A DNA stretch of 18,074 bases. Source: Utricularia gibba. Its lineage: Eukaryota; Plantae; Magnoliophyta. The notes beneath the pieces were generated by a model, which was not told the origin of the DNA, ran no database searches, and was given only the letters and a program-made list of their open reading frames with translations. Made by a program: the position numbers and the translations under genes. The stretch spans positions 1 through 18,074 of the forward strand of contig NEEC01000314.1 of the NCBI GenBank assembly GCA_002189035.1, written 5' to 3'. Shown piece after piece: positions 11,191 to 18,074 of this stretch (position 1 is its first letter; every line of letters starts with the position of its first letter).

Positions 11191-11725
11191 CCCGAATGGT
11201 GATGCGCAATGAAATGACTATGTCGCACATCCTGGTCCACGAAGCACCTCTTCGAAAACATGTAGAGCCTTACTCTTCATAGCACACCATTGGGAAGCTT
11301 TATTCGTGCTCCAAGTAATATCATATGGAGTTACGTTTTTCCGATAACTGTGGACATATTAAAAACAACCTCAACGAAAAGTGTCTTCCGTGTCCTTCCT
11401 TGGTGGCTGCGTCTAAGAATGTGCTTCTCGTTCTCGACATTGATGCAAATGGGATACACGGCAAAAGAATCAAATAGCCACTAGAGACATGGTGTATGGG
11501 AATGGTGCATCAAGAATCAGAAGTATCATAGCAACTAATTGAATCAATCAACAGCCAAAACATATGGTGTCAAACTTCATCGGATATGCGATCAAGATGG
11601 AAAAAAGTCACATGTTACATCATGAATTTCGTGGCATCACTTATCCCAACACTGTTGTATACTCAGGATATGCGTAAATATTTATTTTTAACAAATCCGG
11701 TGCACGTGTGATTTTTCGGCTGCAT
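11191..11725. repeat. Representative full-length consensus monomer (535 bp, copy 22)
   Basis: Hand count gives 219/535 G+C (40.9%) and 21 CpG. It has a single HindIII site (AAGCTT, monomer positions 105-110, window 11295-11300). Copy 26 (13325-13859) has the same length and, by eye, the same sequence. Confidence 0.95.
11305..11335. other. Stem-loop in each monomer (positions 115-145): CGTG-CTCCA / 12 nt loop / TGGAG-TTACG
   Basis: CTCCA (11309-11313) and TGGAG (11326-11330) form a perfect inverted repeat, extended by CGT/ACG across a small internal loop. The inverted repeat is seen directly; any function is unproven. Confidence 0.5.
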
Positions 11726-14700
11726 CCCGAATGGTGATGCGCAATGAAATGACTATGTCGCACATCCTGGTCCACGAAGCACCTCTTCGAAAACATGTAG
11801 AGCCTTACTCTTCATAGCACACCATTGGGAAGCTTTATTCGTGCTCCAAGTAATATCATATGGAGTTACGTTTTTCCGATAACTGTGGACATATTAAAAA
11901 CAACCTCAACGAAAAGTGTCTTCCGTGTCCTTCCTTGGTGGCTGCGTCTAAGAATGTGCTTCTCGTTCTCGACATTGATGCAAATGGGATACACGGCAAA
12001 AGAATCAAATAGCACTAGAGACATGGTGTATGGGAATGGTGCATCAAGAATCAGAAGTATCATAGCAACTAATTGATCAATCAACAGCCAAAACATATGG
12101 TGTCAAACTTCATCGGATATGCGATCAAGATGGAAAAAAGTCACATGTTACATCATGAATTTCGTGGCATCACTTATCCAACACTGTTGTATACTCAGGA
12201 TATGCGTAAATATTTATTTTTAACAAATCCGGTGCACGTGTGATTTTTCGGCTGCATCCCGAATGGTGATGCGCAATGAAATGACTATGTCGCACATCCT
12301 GGTCCACGAAGCACCTCTTCGAAAACATGTAGAGCCTTACTCTTCATAGCACACCATTGGGAAGCTTTATTCGTGCTCCAAGTAATATCATATGGAGTTA
12401 CGTTTTCCGATAACTGTGGACATATTAAAAAAACCTCAACGAAAAGTGTCTTCCGTGTCCTTCCTTGGTGGCTGCGTCTAAGAATGTGCTTCTCGTTCTC
12501 GACATTGATGCAAATGGGATACACGGCAAAAGAATCAAATAGCCACTAGAGACATGGTGTATGGGAATGGTGCATCAAGAATCAGAAGTATCATAGCAAC
12601 TAATTGAATCAATCAACAGCCAAAACATATGGTGTCAAACTTCATCGGATATGCGATCAAGATGGAAAAAAGTCACATGTTACATCATGAATTTCGTGGC
12701 ATCACTTATCCCAACACTGTTGTATACTCAGGATATGCGTAAATATTTATTTTTAACAAATCCGGTGCACGTGTGATTTTTCGGCTGCATCCCGAATGGT
12801 GATGCGCAATGAAATGACTATGTCGCACATCCTGGTCCACGAAGCACCTCTTCGAAACATGTAGAGCCTTACTCTTCATAGCACACCATTGGGAAGCTTT
12901 ATTCGTGCTCCAAGTAATATCATATGGAGTTACGTTTTTCCGATAACTGTGGACATATTAAAAACAACCAACAACGAAAAGTGTCTTAGTGTCCTTCCTT
13001 GGTGGCTGCGTCTAAGAATGTGCTTCTCGTTCTCGACATTGATGCAAATGGGATACACGGCAAAAGAATCAAATAGCCACTAGAGACATGGTGTATGGGA
13101 ATGGTGCATCAAGAATCAGAAGTATCATAGCAACTAATTGAATCAATCAACAGCCAAAACATATGGTGTCAAACTTCATCGGATATGCGATCAAGATGGA
13201 AAAAAGTCACATGTTACATCATGAATTTCGTGGCATCACTTATCCCAACACTGTTGTATACTCAGGATATGCGTAAATATTTATTTTTAACAAATCCGGT
13301 GCACGTGTGATTTTTCGGCTGCATCCCGAATGGTGATGCGCAATGAAATGACTATGTCGCACATCCTGGTCCACGAAGCACCTCTTCGAAAACATGTAGA
13401 GCCTTACTCTTCATAGCACACCATTGGGAAGCTTTATTCGTGCTCCAAGTAATATCATATGGAGTTACGTTTTTCCGATAACTGTGGACATATTAAAAAC
13501 AACCTCAACGAAAAGTGTCTTCCGTGTCCTTCCTTGGTGGCTGCGTCTAAGAATGTGCTTCTCGTTCTCGACATTGATGCAAATGGGATACACGGCAAAA
13601 GAATCAAATAGCCACTAGAGACATGGTGTATGGGAATGGTGCATCAAGAATCAGAAGTATCATAGCAACTAATTGAATCAATCAACAGCCAAAACATATG
13701 GTGTCAAACTTCATCGGATATGCGATCAAGATGGAAAAAAGTCACATGTTACATCATGAATTTCGTGGCATCACTTATCCCAACACTGTTGTATACTCAG
13801 GATATGCGTAAATATTTATTTTTAACAAATCCGGTGCACGTGTGATTTTTCGGCTGCATCCCGAATGGTGATGCGCAATGAAATGACTATGTCGCACATC
13901 CTGGTCCACGAAGCACCTCTTCGAAACATGTAGAGCCTTACTCTTCATAGCACACCATTGGGAAGCTTTATTCGTGCTCCAAGTAATATCATATGGAGTT
14001 ACGTTTTTTCCGATAACTGTGGACATATTAAAAACAACCTCAACGAAAAGTGTCTTCCGTGTCCTTCCTTGGTGGCTGCGTCTAAGAATGTGCTTCTCGT
14101 TCTCGACATTGATGCAAATGGGATACACGGCAAAAGAATCAAATAGCCACTAGAGACATGGTGTATGGGAATGGTGCATCAAGAATCAGAAGTATCATAG
14201 CAACTAATTGAATCAATCAACAGCCAAAACATATGGTGTCAAACTTCATCGGATATGCGATCAAGATGGAAAAAAGTCACATGTTACATCATGAATTTCG
14301 TGCATCACTTATCCCAACACTGTTGTATACTCAGGATATGCGTAAATATTTATTTTTAACAAATCCGGTGCACGTGTGATTTTTCGGCTGCATCCCGAAT
14401 GGTGATGCGCAATGAAATGACTATGTCGCACATCCTGGTCCACGAAGCACCTCTTCGAAACATGTAGAGCCTTACTCTTCATAGCACACCATTGGGAAGC
14501 TTTATTCGTGCTCAAGTAATATCATATGGAGTTACGTTTTTCCGATAACTGTGGACATATTAAAAACAACCTCAACGAAAAGTGTCTTCCGTGTCCTTCC
14601 TTGGTGGCTGCGTTAAGAATGTGCTTCTCGTTCTCGACATTGATGCAAATGGGATACACGGCAAAAGAATCAAATAGCCACTAGAGACATGGTGTATGGG

Positions 14701-14925
14701 AATGGTGCATCAAGAATCAGAAGTATCATAGCAACTAATTGAATCAATCAACAGCCAAAACATATGGTGTCAAACTTCATCGGATATGCGATCAAGATGG
14801 AAAAAAGTCACATGTTACATCATGAATTTCGTGGCATCACTTATCCCAACACTGTTGTATACTCAGGATATGCGTAAATATTTATTTTTAACAAATCCGG
14901 TGCACGTGTGATTTTTCGGCTGCAT

Positions 14926-16100
14926 CCCGAATGGTGATGCGCAATGAAATGACTATGTCGCACATCCTGGTCCACGACACCATTGCACCTCTTCGAAACA
15001 TGTAGAGCCTTACTCTTCATAGCACACCATTGGGAAGCTTTATTCGTGCTCCAAGTAATATCATATGGAGTTACGTTTTTTTTCCGATAACTGTGGACAT
15101 ATTAAAAACAACCTTAATAGCACACCATTGGGAAGCTTTATTCGTGCTCCAAGTAATATCATATGGAGTCGTTTTTCCGATAACTGTGGACATATTAAAA
15201 ACAACCTCAACGAAAAGTGTCTTCCGTGTGGTGGCTGCGTCTAAGAATGTGCTTCTCGTTCTCGACATTGATGCAAATGGATACACGAAAAGAATCACCA
15301 CTAGGACATGGTGTAAATGGTGCATCAAGAATCAGAAGTATCATAGCAACTAATTGAATCTCAACAGAAAACATATGGTGTCAAACATCGGATGCGATCA
15401 TGGGAATGGTGCATCAAGAATCAGAAGTATCATCCGCAACTAATTGAATCAATCAACAGCCAAAACATATGGTGTCAAACTTCATCGGATATGCGATCAA
15501 GATGGAAAAAAGTCACATGTTACATCATGAATTTCGTGGCATCACTATGCGATCAAGATGGAAAAAAGTCACAACATCATGAATTGTGGCATCACTTATC
15601 CCAACACTGTTGTATACTCAGGATATGCGTAAATATTTATTTTTAACAAATCACGTGTGATTTTTCGGCTGCATCCCGAATGTGATGCAATGAAATGACT
15701 ATGTGTCCTGGTCCACGAAGCACCTCTTTGTCGCACACCATTGGAAGCTTTATTCGTGCAAGTAATATCATATGGAGTTACGTTTTTCCGAATGTGGACA
15801 TGATGTCTTCCGTGTCAAGAATGTGCTTCTCGTTCTCGAATTGATGAAATGGATACACGGCAAAAGAATCAAATAGCCACTAGAGACATGGTGTATGGGA
15901 ATGGTGCATCAAGAATCAGAAGTATCATGCAACTAATTGAATCAATCAACAGCCAAAACATATGGTGTCAAACTTCATCGGATATGCGATCAAGATGGAA
16001 AAAAGTCACATGTTACATCATGAATTTCGTGGCCACTTATCCCAACACTGTTGTATACTTATGCGTATAGCACACATTGGGAAGCTTTATTCGTGCTCCA
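14926..16100. other. Internally rearranged monomers (copies 29-31): three local duplications, many small deletions and one deletion of about 138 bp
   Basis: Monomer 90-180 is duplicated (15020-15113 and 15118-15206), as are about 307-403 (about 15317-15400 and 15401-15499) and about 395-450 (15490-15546 and 15546-15596). The junction at 16067/16068 joins monomer position about 486 to position 90 of the next copy. Confidence 0.85.
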
Positions 16101-18074
16101 AGTAATATCATATGGAGTTACGTTTTCCGATAACTGTGGACATATTAAAAACAAACCTCAACGAAAAGTGTCTTCGTGTCCTTCTTGGTGGCTGCGTAAG
16201 AATGTGCTTCTCGTTCTCGACATTGATGCAAATGGGATACACGGCAAAAGAATCAAATAGCCACTAGAGACATGGTGTATGGGAATGGTGCATCAAGAAT
16301 CAGAAGTATCATAGCAACTAATTGAATCAATCAACAGCCAAAACATATGGTGTCAAACTTCATCGGATATGCGATCAAGATGGAAAAAAGTCACATGTTA
16401 CATCATGAATTTCGTGGCATCACTTATCCCAACACTGTTGTATACTCAGGATATGCGTAAATATTTATTTTTAACAAATCCGGTGCACGTGTGATTTTTC
16501 GGCTGCATCCCGAATGGTGATGCGCAATGAAATGACTATGTCGCACATCCTGGTCCACGAAGCACCTCTTCGAAACATGTAGAGCCTTACTCTTCATAGC
16601 ACACCATTGGGAAGCTTTATTCGTGCTCCAAGTAATATCATATGGAGTTACGTTTTCCGATAACTGTGGACATATTAAAACAAACCAACGAAAAGTGTCT
16701 TCGTGTCCTTCCTTGGTGGCTGCGTTAAGAATGTGCTTCTCGTTCTCGAATTGATGCAAATGGATACACGGCAAAAGAATCAAATAGCCACTAGAGACAT
16801 GGTGTATGGGAATGGTGCATCAAGAATCAGAAGTATCATGGCAACTAATTGAATCAATCAACAGCCAAAACATATGGTGTCAAACTTCATCGGATATGCG
16901 ATCAAGATGGAAAAAAGTCACATGTTACATCATGAATTTCGTGGCATCACTTATCCCAACACTGTTGTATACTCAGGATATGCGTAAATATTTATTTTTA
17001 ACAAATCCGGTGCACGTGTGATTTTTTCGGCTGCATCCCGAATGGTGATGCGCAATGAAATGACTATGTCGCACATCCTGGTCCACGAAGCACCTCTTCG
17101 AAACATGTAGAGCCTTACTCTTCATAGCACACCATTGGGAAGCTTTATTCGTGCTCCAAGTAATATCATATGGAGTTACGTTTTCCGATAACTGTGGACA
17201 TATTAAAAAACCTCAACGAAAGTGTCTTCCGTGTCCTTCTTGGTGGCTGCGTTAAGAATGTGCTTCTCGTTCTCGACATTGATGCAAATGGGATACACGG
17301 CAAAAGAATCAAATAGCCACTAGAGACATGGTGTATGGGAATGGTGCATCAAGAATCAGAAGTATCATGGCAACTAATTGAATCAATCAACAGCCAAAAC
17401 ATATGGTGTCAAACTTCATCGGATATGCGATCAAGATGGAAAAAAGTCACATGTTACATCATGAATTTCGTGGCATCACTTATCCCATTGTGTATACTCA
17501 GGATATGCGTAAATATTTATTTTTAACAAATCCGGTGCACGTGTGATTTTTCGGCTGCATCCCGAATGGTGATGCGCAATGAAATGACTATGTCGCACAT
17601 CCTGGTCCACGAAGCACCTCTTCGAAAACATGTAGAGCCTTACTCTTCATAGCACACCATTGGAAGCTTTATTCGTGCTCAAGTAATATCATATGGAGTT
17701 ACGTTTTTCGATAACTGTGGACATATTAAAACAACCACGAAAAGTGTCTTCCGTGTCCTTCCTTGGTGCTGCGTCTAATAATGTGCTTCTCGTTCTCGAC
17801 ATTGATGCAATGGGATACACGGCAAAAGAATCAAATAGCCACTAGAGACATGGTGTATGGGAATGGTGCATCAAGAATCAGAAGTATCATAGCAACTAAT
17901 TGAATCAATCAACAGCCAAAACATATGGTGTCAAACTTCATCGGATATGCGATCAAGATGGAAAAAAGTCACATGTTACATCATGAATTTCGTGGCATCA
18001 CTTATCCCAACACTGTTGTATACTCAGATATGCGTAAATATTTATTTTTAACAAATCCGGTGCACGTGTGATTT

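Larger units (their letters stand above)
1..18074. repeat. Tandem array of about 34 head-to-tail copies of a 535 bp monomer (satellite-like or concatemer)
   Basis: Read directly. The motif CCCGAATGGTGATGCGCAATG recurs at 1, 531, 1061, 1591, 2125, 2657, 3189, 3718, 4251, 4785, 5320, 5850, 6378, 6911, 7461, 7994, 8536, about 9049 (damaged), 9577, 10123, 10657, 11191, 11726, 12258, 12791, 13325, 13860, 14394, 14926, 15675, 16509, 17037 and 17561. One more monomer has lost its start near 16068. All copies share one orientation. 18074/535 = 33.8. Confidence 0.99.
6378..18074. repeat. Right sub-array (copies 13-34), second allele set
   Basis: These copies mostly carry GCGTCTAAGAAT, CTCGACATTG, GCAAATGGGAT and GTGTATGGGAA. 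First seen at about 6594-6605 and 6677-6688. Confidence 0.85.

Noticed and set aside
11372-11379. CENP-B box (TTTCGTTG on the minus strand)
   Set aside because: It matches only the first half of the box; the essential A and CGGG positions are absent.
11481-11484. Helitron 3' end (CTAG)
   Set aside because: There is no GC-rich hairpin 10-15 nt upstream and no RepHel coding remnant that I can recognise.
11490-11496. Kinetoplast minicircle universal sequence (TGGTGTA)
   Set aside because: Only 7 of the 12 nt of GGGGTTGGTGTA match, and I saw no other conserved sequence blocks.
11413-11640. Minus-strand 75 aa hydrophobic ORF if TGA encodes Trp (VMPRNSWCNMWLFSILIAYPMKF...)
   Set aside because: It is short, hydrophobicity is expected antisense to an A-rich strand, and there is no homology or independent evidence for code 4.
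11681-11686. Polyadenylation signal AATAAA on the minus strand
   Set aside because: It is expected by chance inside an AT-rich tract, and there is no supported upstream gene.
11191-11725. 5S rRNA, tRNA, U snRNA or spliced-leader gene repeat
   Set aside because: Only tiny matches were found: GCTTCTCG as in the U2 5' end, TTCGA without a T-stem, and GATTTTTCGG loosely like an Sm site. There is no cloverleaf or extended similarity. An Rfam scan would settle it.
11191-11725. Trimer of a 178 bp centromeric satellite (535 is about 3 x 178; HindIII site; CATGGTGTA as in Arabidopsis CEN178)
   Set aside because: The three thirds do not align at a 177-179 bp offset by eye, and the shared words are too short.
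11191-11725. Viroid-like or obelisk-like RNA with a hammerhead ribozyme
   Set aside because: I found no CTGANGA core with a matching GAAA and stems on either strand (the closest is CCGATGA on the minus strand), and no monomer-wide rod-like complementarity.
11703-11880. Budding-yeast point centromere (CACGTG followed by TTTCCGA about 165 bp later)
   Set aside because: The intervening DNA is about 45% GC, not the very AT-rich CDEII, and point centromeres are not tandemly arrayed.
6970-17105. TTCGAAAC versus TTCGAAAAC and other homopolymer length differences as real monomer subtypes
   Set aside because: They are scattered 1 nt changes in homopolymer runs, typical of long-read error, and are not linked to the substitution haplotypes.
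922-17526. All ORFs in the supplied track (61-124 aa, e.g. MGSFIRAPSNIIWSYVF...) as protein-coding genes
   Set aside because: They are the same few repeat frames, joined or broken by 1 nt indels. Many start at TTG or other non-ATG codons, none has a recognisable domain, and substitutions show no third-position bias.
1-18074. CRISPR array
   Set aside because: There are no unique spacers; the entire 535 bp is repeated. No cas genes are present.

Overview
The whole 18,074 bp window is one head-to-tail tandem array of about 34 copies of a 535 bp monomer (about 41% GC, no CpG depletion). There is no unique flanking sequence, and I recognise no gene, RNA gene, CRISPR array or transposon end. Monomers 22 (11191-11725) and 26 (13325-13859) are clean consensus copies. 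All ORFs in the supplied track are short repeat-derived frames that come and go with 1 nt indels, so none is called as a CDS. The array is structured: monomers 1-12 carry one allele set, monomers 13-33 carry another, a diverged B-type monomer sits at copies 1, 6 and 12, a near-identical block spans 10123-14925, and a rearranged zone spans about 14926-16100. Many irregularities look like long-read or polishing artefacts. The most likely identity is an unrecognised satellite DNA. The more exciting alternative, which I cannot prove, is a concatemer of a 535 nt circular replicon. Each monomer has a stem-loop whose minus-strand loop reads TATGATATTAC, one base from the geminivirus TATAATATTAC origin loop. 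Each also has an ATG-to-TGA frame covering 96% of the monomer, interrupted only by TAG/TAA. Both signals are weak and have counter-evidence, which is given below.
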